64,000 bases of DNA from a virus, in IMG/VR virus record IMGVR_UViG_3300022918_000001, positions 1 through 64,000 of that record; one strand, written 5' to 3'. Below the pieces are notes generated by a model that searched no databases, was not told the origin of the DNA, and saw only the letters and a list, made by a program, of their open reading frames with translations. The stretch's first letter is position 1, and every line of letters begins with the position of its first letter. The position numbers and the translations under genes are program-made. Below, one piece after another: positions 44,824 to 53,494 of this stretch.

Positions 44824-45260
44824 TTGCCCGTACTTCCAAATCCACCTGTTCCCCTTTCAGAGTCGCTTAGCTCATCTACTTCTACGAAGTGGATAGTTGG
44901 ATAGGGAAGTATGATTGCCTGTCCTATACGGTCTCCAATTTCGTATTCAACATGACCTCCTTGGTACATGTTAATTCTAGTTGCAGCTAAGAACTTGAAG
45001 GATACTTCCCCCCTATAACCACTATCTATAATACCGCAAGAGTTGGTCAACAACAAATCAGTTTTAGCTATACTGCTACGAGGGACTAGCATCATAAAAT
45101 GTTCGTCAGGAATTTCAAAAGCTAATCCGGTTCCGTAGACAATGTTCCCCATTGAATCTTTTGTTTTGCTTGTGGCATTTATATCCATACCAACGTCCCC
45201 TTTTGTAGCGTACTTGGGAATAACCGCATTCTCTGATAGTCTTTTAATTTTTACCTGCAT
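44820..45260 (-). CDS. dut: dUTP diphosphatase
   Basis: AVIPKYATKGDVGMD, VPRSSIA, GIIDSGYRGEV, GDRIGQAI and the C-terminal ERGTGGFGSTGK are the five trimeric dUTPase motifs. Confidence 0.92.
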   Translation of the reverse strand: MQVKIKRLSENAVIPKYATKGDVGMDINATSKTKDSMGNIVYGTGLAFEIPDEHFMMLVPRSSIAKTDLLLTNSCGIIDSGYRGEVSFKFLAATRINMYQGGHVEYEIGDRIGQAIILPYPTIHFVEVDELSDSERGTGGFGSTGK

Positions 45261-45430
45261 TATATTAATTGTTTTATTTTTAAATGTAATACTTCCTCTG
45301 TACGGTTTACTAAGTCAAACCAATATTCAAAGTCTCCTAGTCTTCCGTTTTCCTGAACCTGAATACTCATGCTTTGTGCTTCATCAAGTATTGCCTTTAA
45401 GTCTGCGATAGTTAAATCTTCTAATTTCAT
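45260..45430 (-). CDS. hypothetical small protein (56 aa)
   Basis: Hand-translated MKLEDLTIADLKAILDEAQSMSIQVQENGRLGDFEYWFDLVNRTEEVLHLKIKQLI. TAATG overlaps at both ends. Fills the 45261-45429 gap. Confidence 0.45.
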   Translation of the reverse strand: MKLEDLTIADLKAILDEAQSMSIQVQENGRLGDFEYWFDLVNRTEEVLHLKIKQLI

Positions 45431-45798
45431 TATAAATCTATTAATACCCGTTCAACCTTCTCTGTAAATACCTTGTTTTTCTCGTACAAGTCCTCAAATA
45501 GGTCTTTCTGATAGATGATTGTTGAATGGTCACGGCCAAATACCTTTCCTAGACGTTTTAAGCCATATGTAGGATTGTTCCTTAGTATAAGTCCAATAAC
45601 AATGGTTCGTGCCTCTGACACCTCCCTTTTACGCGTAGGAGTATAAATAAGTTCTAAAGGGATATTCAATGATTCACATACAATAGAGGCAATCTCTTCG
45701 GCAGTATAATCCTCAATGTTCTTTTTGATTTTCTTTTGATCTGATTTAGGTAATCCAATGAATGTACTTGGAAATACGTTTAATGAGCTAGGGTGCAT
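45430..45798 (-). CDS. DnaA domain IV (C-terminal DNA-binding domain)-like protein
   Basis: EIASIVCESLNIPLELIYTPTRKREVSEARTIVIGLILRNNPTYGLKRLGKVFGRDHSTIIYQ parallels DnaA ...[47 protein letters not shown]. There is no AAA+ domain (122 aa total). Confidence 0.8.
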   Translation of the reverse strand: MHPSSLNVFPSTFIGLPKSDQKKIKKNIEDYTAEEIASIVCESLNIPLELIYTPTRKREVSEARTIVIGLILRNNPTYGLKRLGKVFGRDHSTIIYQKDLFEDLYEKNKVFTEKVERVLIDL

Positions 45799-46115
45799 AA
45801 TTCTCCTTTTTTAAGTTCGTTTACAAAATTTAATACTTTATGTTGGTCTTCATAAGACAGGGTTGTACTCTCGTATATCAAGTCCATTTTAAATTCTACC
45901 AAAGCTTTTACTTCTGGAATGGTTGTATCCAAATGAAAGTTTAAAGTCTTCATTAAGGCGCTACAGCTCTTCTCTACGGCAGTTATTTTGTTTACCATAT
46001 AGTTTGACTTACGTTCCTTATATACCTCTGCTAAATAGCCTGTATATTGTTCTGTTATAGATAAGCATATTAATGCTCCAACAACTCTGTTAAAAAGTTC
46101 TTCGTCTATTTCCAT
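45780..46115 (-). CDS. hypothetical protein
   Basis: 111-aa ORF. Confidence 0.5.
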   Translation of the reverse strand: MEIDEELFNRVVGALICLSITEQYTGYLAEVYKERKSNYMVNKITAVEKSCSALMKTLNFHLDTTIPEVKALVEFKMDLIYESTTLSYEDQHKVLNFVNELKKGELCTLAH

Positions 46116-46116
46116 A

Positions 46117-46488
46117 TTATAGCTTGTTTAATTGTTCCTGCATCCATTTGGCGCCATCTCTAAAAGATATATCAGAAATGTCTTTTTCTTCGTGTCTCCA
46201 TTTGGAATAGTCCTCCGCTTTAGTTTCAATCTCTTCATCACTAATGGTAACGGCATTTGTTTCGGGCTTATTCACAATGTCACGCCCTGCGGTTTGTGAA
46301 CCAATATTGAAAGGTGACTTTACTGGTTTATTTGCATCATTAAAACCACATTGGTAGCCGCTTTTTAAAAGTAATCTTTCAGCGTCAGTAAAACCAATAC
46401 TCTTAGGGAACTTATCTTCAATAAATTTTTCGCTTAGTTGCTCTACGCTGTATTCTGTTTTATTATCTTTCATGGTTACCCCTCCCAA
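46117..46488 (-). CDS. hypothetical protein
   Basis: 123-aa ORF. Confidence 0.5.
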   Translation of the reverse strand: MGGVTMKDNKTEYSVEQLSEKFIEDKFPKSIGFTDAERLLLKSGYQCGFNDANKPVKSPFNIGSQTAGRDIVNKPETNAVTISDEEIETKAEDYSKWRHEEKDISDISFRDGAKWMQEQLNKL

Positions 46489-46685
46489 GCTGGCAAATTA
46501 TATAACTCGGTTTCGCTCATTGTACCACCGTCAACCTGTTTAACGTCTCGGATGGAAATACAATTATCTTTTAGAAATCCTTTCCATCCCCCTTGAATGT
46601 GCCACGATTCTACGCTCATAATAAAATCTGGTGCTCCGGTGTTAAACTTCACCCTTTTAATTTTAATCTTTTCCATATTTTTCAA
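46476..46685 (-). CDS. hypothetical protein
   Basis: 69-aa ORF. Confidence 0.45.
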   Translation of the reverse strand: MKNMEKIKIKRVKFNTGAPDFIMSVESWHIQGGWKGFLKDNCISIRDVKQVDGGTMSETELYNLPAWEG

Positions 46686-47419
46686 TCTTGTTTTAAGTTC
46701 CCGTTTATAGGATGGGGGTTAACCTCATTATAATTAGCTTTAATGCACTCGAATAAATAATGTGCTATTAATGGCTGTACGGCATTACCTAGAGCTCTGT
46801 GCTTATATACCCTATCGGGAACGACATCACCCACTCCATAAACTTTAGGGTCGGTATCCCTCCAAGTTGGGTACTCAAACTTGTTCCACCTTGTGAAAAT
46901 TTCCCTTTCCTCCATCCTGTCTCCGATGCTAGAGGGGTAGAGTATAGCGTAAAGTCTACGTCTGCGTTGTGGGATGCCAAACTGGAAGCCTTGTAAAGTT
47001 TGCCACTCCGCATCATACCCGATGGCGGCAAATTCCTTGAGAATGGTATCGAATCCTTGTGATCTAAGGGCTGAACTGTTTTCGAGAATAATGTAGCTTG
47101 GGTTTGTTTCCGCGGCGAGTCTAAGGACGTGAAGCCATAGTCCTGATTTTTCTCCCTCAATACCAGTTCTATTTTTTGAGGCAGCAATTGATATGTTTTG
47201 ACAGGGGAATCCTGCCGATATAATGTCTGCTCTTTTTGGATTTTTAAGAGTTGTGATGTCTCCATGTATTGTTGCTTTAGTGTTTTTTGATTTAAGAAAT
47301 TGTTGGTTCCATTCCTCTATTTCACATTCAAGAATAGTTCTTATCCCGCTCATTTCTGCTCCCAATGAAAATCCTGCTATTCCTCCAAACAGAGACATGT
47401 GTGTTAATTTTTGTATCAT
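46682..47419 (-). CDS. DNA (cytosine-5)-methyltransferase, compact form
   Basis: Motif I SLFGGIAGF, motif IV SAGFPCQNIS, motif VI ILENS, motif VIII QRRRRLY, motif X GNAVQP. Only about 40 aa lie between VIII and X, so the TRD is very short. Confidence 0.9.
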   Translation of the reverse strand: MIQKLTHMSLFGGIAGFSLGAEMSGIRTILECEIEEWNQQFLKSKNTKATIHGDITTLKNPKRADIISAGFPCQNISIAASKNRTGIEGEKSGLWLHVLRLAAETNPSYIILENSSALRSQGFDTILKEFAAIGYDAEWQTLQGFQFGIPQRRRRLYAILYPSSIGDRMEEREIFTRWNKFEYPTWRDTDPKVYGVGDVVPDRVYKHRALGNAVQPLIAHYLFECIKANYNEVNPHPINGNLKQD

Positions 47420-47802
47420 TTCTTCCGGTTAATTAATAATACATTCTTTTGTTTAGGGTCTATGCCGTGGGAGCGGAGAACATCTTCAAGCGTTTCCCTG
47501 CGGTCTTGAAATTCAAAGGGATATCCACTGTCACGCATTTCAACTGTCAAAGCCCTCGCTTGTTCTTCTGTTATCTCTGGTGTAACTGCATGGATAGACC
47601 AATCACACACGGGCAAATCAATGCTTTCACCTTCCCAATCTCCACAAAATCCAGAATCTACATCGGTGTTTTCCGTTAGATAGTTTAGTTGGCAGAAATC
47701 CTCTTCCAATAGAGATTCTATTTCAAAGTCTTGTGCATCATCCGGCACTGGCACTACCAACACGGTAACACCGTTGGTTTCAAATTGTATGTGTTCACTC
47801 AT
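47416..47802 (-). CDS. highly acidic hypothetical protein
   Basis: 128 aa with about 29 D/E versus about 10 K/R by my count. Immediately upstream of the methyltransferase and overlapping it. Confidence 0.55.
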   Translation of the reverse strand: MSEHIQFETNGVTVLVVPVPDDAQDFEIESLLEEDFCQLNYLTENTDVDSGFCGDWEGESIDLPVCDWSIHAVTPEITEEQARALTVEMRDSGYPFEFQDRRETLEDVLRSHGIDPKQKNVLLINRKK

Positions 47803-48017
47803 GGTTCAAGGTTTAATGATTTTGGCCTTACTTCTGTATTGTTATTTTTAAAGTCATACAGATGCATATCAGTACCTGCTAAAGGCAACCACTCGCCATT
47901 TCGTTGATTTGAGTACCACCCATCATGGTCTATTCCCGCTTCAACTAAATGGTACTTAACTCTAAGGACTTTTTCCCAATGCTCTTTGATGAATTCTCTG
48001 CTCGGTCTTGCTTTCAT
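47799..48017 (-). CDS. hypothetical protein
   Basis: 72-aa ORF. Confidence 0.45.
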   Translation of the reverse strand: MKARPSREFIKEHWEKVLRVKYHLVEAGIDHDGWYSNQRNGEWLPLAGTDMHLYDFKNNNTEVRPKSLNLEP

Positions 48018-48018
48018 A

Positions 48019-48498
48019 TTATTTCTGTTTAAGTGCTTGTTCTGAAAAATTAATACATGAGTATTCTTTAAATATTTCTATAGCTGCTGAATCATAGGCT
48101 TTCGCAGCCTCCACTTCATCTACAAAAAATCCTAAATGTCGAGACTTATTGTCTGTCGTTAGACTTGCCTTCCATTTATTACTCTTTTTATCCCATGAAA
48201 CGCCTTTATATTTTGATGTTCCTTTATATTTCTCTACGTTACTGTGGTTTTGCTTGCTAGTGCAAATTCTTAGATTTTCTTTCCTGTTATCAAGACCATT
48301 TCTATTTTTATGGTCTATCATTATTTTAGGATCTGAAATAGATAATATAAATCTGTGCATAAATCTCATTTTATCACCTTTTATATATCCTCTAGCATAT
48401 TTGCCTTTAGTTAAATACCATTTAAACTCTGATATTCTATTAAAGTCTTCGTCGTCAATTAGACATATTTCTCCGCTTTTTAACTTTATTTCTGCCAT
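48019..48498 (-). CDS. HNH homing endonuclease with AP2 DNA-binding domain
   Basis: FMHRFIL...IDHKNRNGLDNRKENLRICTSKQNHSN (HNH_3), followed by YKGVSWDKKSNKWKASL...HLGFFVDEVEAAKAYDSAA (AP2). Confidence 0.85.
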   Translation of the reverse strand: MAEIKLKSGEICLIDDEDFNRISEFKWYLTKGKYARGYIKGDKMRFMHRFILSISDPKIMIDHKNRNGLDNRKENLRICTSKQNHSNVEKYKGTSKYKGVSWDKKSNKWKASLTTDNKSRHLGFFVDEVEAAKAYDSAAIEIFKEYSCINFSEQALKQK

Positions 48499-48501
48499 TA
48501 C

Positions 48502-48999
48502 TTATATTTTATAATTATCTAATCTGTTCTTTGATAAGCCTAATTCCTTAGCCATAGAAGGTCTTGTCTCTACTACGTGGTGGCAATAACTACATAAAGC
48601 ATGAAAGTTGCTCACATCGGTCAATAATGACCCGATACGTCCACGACCATGATGTAGGTCTGTAGATTTCCCTGTACAATGATCTAATTGTGCCTCACAT
48701 ATAGGATGTTCTTTCATATAAGCGTCTCTAACCTTCTTATATTCCTTTAGGCGTTCTAATTGTTTAACGGATACTTTAGATATAGGCTTTTGATTGGAAG
48801 GCTTTATATCGACTATTCTAACCTCCTTTTGGTAAGGCACTCCATTAGCATCATAGCTTATCTTATCTTCTTTAAAGGTATAACCTACTTTAGGTTTATT
48901 ATAGCAGTCTTTACAAAGCATCCCATGTTCTTTTGTTTTTGCTTTCCAGATTACCTTCATGGTCTGGCATCCTGAACATAATTTAAGTTTCCTCTCCAT
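48502..48999 (-). CDS. HNH-type zinc-binding nuclease-like protein
   Basis: N-terminal CSGC...CKDC zinc ribbon. C-terminal CEAQLDHCTGKSTDLHHGRGR...NFHALCSYCHHVVE. Confidence 0.55.
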   Translation of the reverse strand: MERKLKLCSGCQTMKVIWKAKTKEHGMLCKDCYNKPKVGYTFKEDKISYDANGVPYQKEVRIVDIKPSNQKPISKVSVKQLERLKEYKKVRDAYMKEHPICEAQLDHCTGKSTDLHHGRGRIGSLLTDVSNFHALCSYCHHVVETRPSMAKELGLSKNRLDNYKI

Positions 49000-49171
49000 C
49001 GAATATCTCTTTAATCTGTTCTTCTGTTAGTTTATTGCAGTCAGGTAGGTCAACTTCCTTTATAAAGTTATATCCAAGATCTCCACGTGACTTTCTGAAT
49101 GATTCGTATAGTTGTCCCCATTCTATGAAGTAGTGGGAATGGCGTTCGTGTCTATTTTCTTTCATCATCAT
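48983..49171 (-). CDS. hypothetical protein
   Basis: 62-aa ORF. Confidence 0.45.
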   Translation of the reverse strand: MMMKENRHERHSHYFIEWGQLYESFRKSRGDLGYNFIKEVDLPDCNKLTEEQIKEIFDGEET

Positions 49172-49532
49172 TATATTTTACACCGAATTTGGGCGGTTCA
49201 TCGTTATTAATAGTTCCTAAAGGCATCATTATACCCCACTGCATAGGTTTTACTTCGGCATTATCGTTTAATTCCGGCATAACCTTTATTTTGAAGTGTG
49301 TTTGGTATTCTTCACCGTAATGACCACCATCCTTTAATCCTTTTATATACCACTCATTAAGCGTCTCAATTCTTTTGTGGTATGATTCAGGATCGGACTT
49401 GTATTCATCCTCTGTATAGCTCTCAAAATACGGTTTAAATTGAGACCAGTCTCCCTCTGTATATGGGGAAAGACTTATTAAGTTATCTATACCTAATCTT
49501 CCTGTTACTGTAAATTCTTTGTATTCGCTCAT
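49152..49532 (-). CDS. hypothetical protein
   Basis: 126-aa ORF. Confidence 0.5.
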   Translation of the reverse strand: MSEYKEFTVTGRLGIDNLISLSPYTEGDWSQFKPYFESYTEDEYKSDPESYHKRIETLNEWYIKGLKDGGHYGEEYQTHFKIKVMPELNDNAEVKPMQWGIMMPLGTINNDEPPKFGVKYNDDERK

Positions 49533-49777
49533 CTGTATATTGATTTACCGTGAATGTGATAGTACTCTTCTGATATATCCGACATGAATACTTTTCCATC
49601 ATTTAAGGGAGTTTCACATCTGTAGCCTCTGTTAGAATAAACTGTCTCATGTTTATGCCCCAGACTTGATCTCTCTATGTGTCCGGCATATGCTGCTATT
49701 AGTCTTAGTCTTTCCTCCTGTTTGATAATACGCTGTTCTAATGCAGGGTACATCGGTCTGTTTTTAGGTCTAGTCAT
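49529..49777 (-). CDS. hypothetical protein
   Basis: 82-aa ORF. Confidence 0.5.
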   Translation of the reverse strand: MTRPKNRPMYPALEQRIIKQEERLRLIAAYAGHIERSSLGHKHETVYSNRGYRCETPLNDGKVFMSDISEEYYHIHGKSIYR

Positions 49778-50040
49778 GGGATGTTCATTTTTTCTTTTAT
49801 CAGATAAAGACCACTTAATATTTCTTTTAAATATCCATTAGCTTTTTCTAGTTCGCCATTCAATCTGTTATTCTCCAATGCAAGCTTATTGTTGTTCTCT
49901 ACCGCAGTACCGTAACAGGATTTGAGTAAAGCTGATTCTTGGTCATGCCACCTCTCCATTGCTTTGAATATAGCATCGTATTCTGAAAGGTCAACGGTTA
50001 TGGTTTCGTCTTCGAGAATGTCTTGTTTGTTCTTTCTCAT
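49774..50040 (-). CDS. hypothetical protein
   Basis: 88-aa ORF. Confidence 0.5.
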   Translation of the reverse strand: MRKNKQDILEDETITVDLSEYDAIFKAMERWHDQESALLKSCYGTAVENNNKLALENNRLNGELEKANGYLKEILSGLYLIKEKMNIP

Positions 50041-50873
50041 TGCAGTGATTTATAAGTTTGGTAAATTTCCTCCAATTCTTTTCCTGTAATGCCGAAGTTA
50101 TTGATAGCAAAAGTTGCTTTGTCTTTTTCAACCCTTACGGTGTAACCACCATGTAGTTTAACTACTACCTCCTTTGGCTTGTTCTGTTCTTCTACCCACT
50201 TTTCAGCCGCTTCTTTGGTAGAGAAGGCTTTTGACTTATCTACTGATTCTATCTCCATAAAAGTATATTGAATCCCTGATTTTAAAGGTATTCTACCGTC
50301 GTAATACCAATCTCCCTGATTTTTACCGCCCTCATACTTTCTGTAAACAGCATGAGCATTATCACCACAATAAAGCGGCACGCCGTCTTCTGAATCCATA
50401 ATGTAAACAGGAACATCTATTCCTTTTTCCTTAGCAAATCCTTCAAATGGAATTATAGTATAGCCATGATCTATAGCGTTTGATTCGCTTGATCTAGCAT
50501 ATTTATCTTTGTAATAAACACATGTCGGAAACTTCATATTTCTGGTTTCCATTTCCCCATCAAAATAAGTCCATTGCTTTATGTAGTAATAATACTCCAT
50601 CAGCAACTTAAACTCCCTTTCGTTGTTCACTTGGATAGCGCATTTGCCGTCAAGTAGTCCGGTTTTTTCTGGCTCTGATGGGATTATTTCAGCCCATTTG
50701 CCATTATATCTAATAAATCCACCTCCATCCATAACGACATCGATGCCTTCCGAATCATCAAGTATATGAAATTTGCCGCTTGAAATGGTTTCATTACTGC
50801 TTCTTGATGATTTGAATTTAGTTCCGGCAGGATAATCCCGCATTGCTTTTTCTAAAAGCATGTATTTTTTCAT
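50037..50873 (-). CDS. hypothetical protein
   Basis: 278-aa ORF. No motif recognised. Confidence 0.6.
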   Translation of the reverse strand: MKKYMLLEKAMRDYPAGTKFKSSRSSNETISSGKFHILDDSEGIDVVMDGGGFIRYNGKWAEIIPSEPEKTGLLDGKCAIQVNNEREFKLLMEYYYYIKQWTYFDGEMETRNMKFPTCVYYKDKYARSSESNAIDHGYTIIPFEGFAKEKGIDVPVYIMDSEDGVPLYCGDNAHAVYRKYEGGKNQGDWYYDGRIPLKSGIQYTFMEIESVDKSKAFSTKEAAEKWVEEQNKPKEVVVKLHGGYTVRVEKDKATFAINNFGITGKELEEIYQTYKSLQ

Positions 50874-51094
50874 TTTCTTAACTTATATCTTGTTGATGAT
50901 GGACTAGGGTGGTCAGACACACATAATAAGTCATATATGCTTTCAAATTGTGTTTTGGTTAACTTTTCTACACCGTTTAAACTATATTCATAGAATGAAC
51001 CTCTTACTATCTTGTTTCTCTTGAACTTCATTACCGAAGTCTTAGTTATAGTGCCTCCGGTTTCAAGTATTCTGATTATTTCCTCTTTCTTCAT
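50870..51094 (-). CDS. hypothetical protein
   Basis: 74-aa ORF. Confidence 0.45.
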   Translation of the reverse strand: MKKEEIIRILETGGTITKTSVMKFKRNKIVRGSFYEYSLNGVEKLTKTQFESIYDLLCVSDHPSPSSTRYKLRK

Positions 51095-51300
51095 GATTCA
51101 ATATTATTTTTAGACCTATAGCTATTTCTGCCTCTGATAAGCATTACGTCTTGCGCTGTTAATGTGTCCCAATCTTCTTTGCTTATAGGAGTAACAGGTT
51201 TACCGTTTATTTGCCAGTAAGTATTATAAAAGTATCTAGGGTCGTCTAAGCACTTTTGAAGTTCTGCTGTAATTTCTTCGTCAGTTTTCTGCATTTCCAT
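51091..51300 (-). CDS. hypothetical protein
   Basis: 69-aa ORF. Confidence 0.45.
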   Translation of the reverse strand: MEMQKTDEEITAELQKCLDDPRYFYNTYWQINGKPVTPISKEDWDTLTAQDVMLIRGRNSYRSKNNIES

Positions 51301-51619
51301 ATTTCAAACATTTATGATATCCATTAATAAGTCCGTACAAGTAATTAGCTACATATCCTGCATTGCCAGAAGGAAGATTCATGTGGTGTACTTCATCTAA
51401 GTCAGGTCTGCATCTATTGTAGATTGTGTATCGTGTTGTATGCGTTTCTCTGCCCCACCAAGACCTTTTAATCTCTACACGCTCACTAATGTATACTTCC
51501 GGCATAAGATCCCTTACATCGGCTAATAACTCGTTTAATTCTTTATCTGTTACATAAGAGAATCTTTCAAATTCTTCTGTTGATAACCATGTGTACATTC
51601 CCATGTTACTCCCCCTCAT
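51281..51619 (-). CDS. hypothetical protein
   Basis: 112-aa ORF. Alternative starts at 51604/51598 would remove the overlap. Confidence 0.5.
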   Translation of the reverse strand: MRGSNMGMYTWLSTEEFERFSYVTDKELNELLADVRDLMPEVYISERVEIKRSWWGRETHTTRYTIYNRCRPDLDEVHHMNLPSGNAGYVANYLYGLINGYHKCLKYGNAEN

Positions 51620-51824
51620 TCAAGGCCTCAATTAAAGCATCAGCTAGTTCAACTGATTTAGCTGCGGTGGCTAATATTAACTGTTTGTCTAATGCTGTTG
51701 TATTCCAATCACAACTTGATATTAAGCCTTGCATAGCTGCTTTAGCAAATTCATTCCTGATTAATACTCCTTCGTCTTTTGTTGATGAAACACTAGGGAA
51801 GTAAGGGTCATTTCCGTTTGTCAT
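51606..51824 (-). CDS. hypothetical protein
   Basis: 72-aa ORF. Confidence 0.45.
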   Translation of the reverse strand: MTNGNDPYFPSVSSTKDEGVLIRNEFAKAAMQGLISSCDWNTTALDKQLILATAAKSVELADALIEALNEGE

Positions 51825-51827
51825 GTT

Positions 51828-52229
51828 CTATTTGTTTAAGTCGTTTATATTGATTGCTAGTCCATCTGACAGAAGATCAAATACATCAAAATCATTCTTC
51901 ACTAAAGTCATTAAGTCGTTATACTGTAATTGAAGTGGTGCCCCAATAACAAAGTCAATATCTGCTCCTGTGTATAATCCTAAAGATGCCGTCATTTCTG
52001 AATAATCTTCGGTTCTCAAGTCACTTAAAGGACGTAAGATAGGTTTAAGAGTATTAATATTCAATACAACCATTATGGAAGCTATGCCGTTTAACTCTGT
52101 TTTCCTTTCGTATTTATATATTTCGCTTTCAACAGACATTTCTACTATTGATTTGTCCATTATATTATATATCCTCAATCCATAAGGAAGGTAAGGAGCT
52201 AAGTGCTCTAGTGTGAGTTGTTTTTTCAT
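51828..52229 (-). CDS. hypothetical protein
   Basis: 133-aa ORF. Confidence 0.5.
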   Translation of the reverse strand: MKKQLTLEHLAPYLPYGLRIYNIMDKSIVEMSVESEIYKYERKTELNGIASIMVVLNINTLKPILRPLSDLRTEDYSEMTASLGLYTGADIDFVIGAPLQLQYNDLMTLVKNDFDVFDLLSDGLAININDLNK

Positions 52230-52231
52230 AA

Positions 52232-52510
52232 TTAAAAAGTATTATCGTCTTCGTCTTCATTCTCTGCATCGTATATTTCCTGTAGAAGGTCATCATCTAG
52301 CAAGTCAACGGCAGAATTAGTTACATAAGGAAAGTCATGCTCTCCTTCAAACCATAGTTCAGTATCATCTTCAAATACTAAAAAGCTAACTTTAAATACA
52401 GGACTACCAAATTCCATTGATACATATCCTGTAATGTCTTTTACCTTCTTACCTACTATCTTTAATAGGCTTAGGTTCTCTTGTTCGTTTTGATAGTCTT
52501 TTAAGTTCAT
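52232..52510 (-). CDS. hypothetical acidic protein
   Basis: 92-aa ORF with a D/E-rich C-terminus (DAENEDEDDNTF). Confidence 0.5.
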   Translation of the reverse strand: MNLKDYQNEQENLSLLKIVGKKVKDITGYVSMEFGSPVFKVSFLVFEDDTELWFEGEHDFPYVTNSAVDLLDDDLLQEIYDAENEDEDDNTF

Positions 52511-52522
52511 TTCTGTTTTAGT

Positions 52523-53353
52523 TTAAGTGATCGATTTATGAAATACTACATTCTTCATCTTTGGTTTTTGTGCGCCTCCTAGAATTTTAATCTTGTTAGG
52601 TAAGCTTAGAAAAACAAGTCCTGTCTTTGAAGAATATCTAAATTTATTGCTGATATATTTTTCCCTGAACTCTCTGTATGAGATAGGGAATGGTTCAACT
52701 ATTTTATAGTTCCGTTCAGATTTTATTATTTTCAGTTTATTAAGCTGTTTTTGAAGCCTAAGTCCTGTAGTCTGTGAACGGTAAAAAGTGGCACCTATAT
52801 TCTTGTTGCTCAAAATAAAATCGTTTGTTATGGAAGTTTCGAGTTGGTGGTTTGTTAGATTTAGCTTTTTCTGTAGGTTAAGCATCTTTTTAGTGAGCTT
52901 AAATTTTGAAGACTTGCTATGATGAATCTTTATGATTTCCTTCTTTAACTTATTGATTTTATATTGTTCGTGAAGTTTTCTCTTTATTAAACATGCTTTT
53001 ATGATTACATGCTGTTCTTTTCTGTCGGCACTAACTTTAACTGGAAATTCTGCCGACTTGTAATGTTTTAATATTTTGGCTCTACCTGAAATAAGCAGGT
53101 TGCCGTTATTCTCGCTTATTAGCTTCCACTCACGCATAACATTGAGGTGAATGGATAATGTGCTAGGTGAGCATTTTATTTGCTTAGCGAGGCTCCTAAC
53201 GGAGTATTTGTAAATTTTACCTTTTCTGTGCAGAGAACGAATTTGAACCCAATAAGAAAGTGTGCTTAGAAAGCCGTATTTGTTGGCTGTCCTGACTAAC
53301 TTGAGTGTTAACCATGCTTTCTTGCCTTTAATGTATGGGGTTTTGTATTTCAA
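52523..53353 (-). CDS. basic protein with probable winged-helix/HTH segment
   Basis: 276 aa, K/R-rich. YSVRSLAKQIKCSPSTLSIHLNVMREWKLI looks like an HTH. The only available start is TTG at 53353, 4 nt after the large hairpin. Confidence 0.45.
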   Translation of the reverse strand: MKYKTPYIKGKKAWLTLKLVRTANKYGFLSTLSYWVQIRSLHRKGKIYKYSVRSLAKQIKCSPSTLSIHLNVMREWKLISENNGNLLISGRAKILKHYKSAEFPVKVSADRKEQHVIIKACLIKRKLHEQYKINKLKKEIIKIHHSKSSKFKLTKKMLNLQKKLNLTNHQLETSITNDFILSNKNIGATFYRSQTTGLRLQKQLNKLKIIKSERNYKIVEPFPISYREFREKYISNKFRYSSKTGLVFLSLPNKIKILGGAQKPKMKNVVFHKSIT

Positions 53354-53356
53354 AGT

Positions 53357-53441
53357 AAAAGGGTCTCAAGTGTAAATTCGGAATACCTGTTTAATGCTTT
53401 GGACGGCCTTTGGTATTCTTCCTAAAACTTGAGACCCTTTT
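53357..53441 (-). other. 85-nt nested hairpin (15-bp outer stem, 7-bp inner stem, 24-nt loop)
   Basis: AAAAGGGTCTCAAGT (53357-53371) pairs perfectly with ACTTGAGACCCTTTT (53427-53441). GAATACC (53381-53387) pairs with GGTATTC (53412-53418). On the - strand the stem is followed by TTTTAC. Confidence 0.7.
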
Positions 53442-53494
53442 GGGGTGTCTTTATGGTGTGTTGTTGTATTAATATCTACTGCCGTCCAAAGCAT
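53394..53494. repeat. perfect 14-nt inverted repeat linking the hairpin loop to a distal site
   Basis: ATGCTTTGGACGGC (53394-53407, inside the hairpin loop) is the exact reverse complement of GCCGTCCAAAGCAT (53481-53494). Confidence 0.8.

Noticed and set aside
46789-47265. 158-aa track ORF on the - strand, overlapping the C5-methyltransferase in another frame.
   Set aside because: It lies entirely inside a gene whose frame carries all canonical MTase motifs. The alternative frame has no motif and an S/T/Q/L-biased composition typical of off-frame translation.
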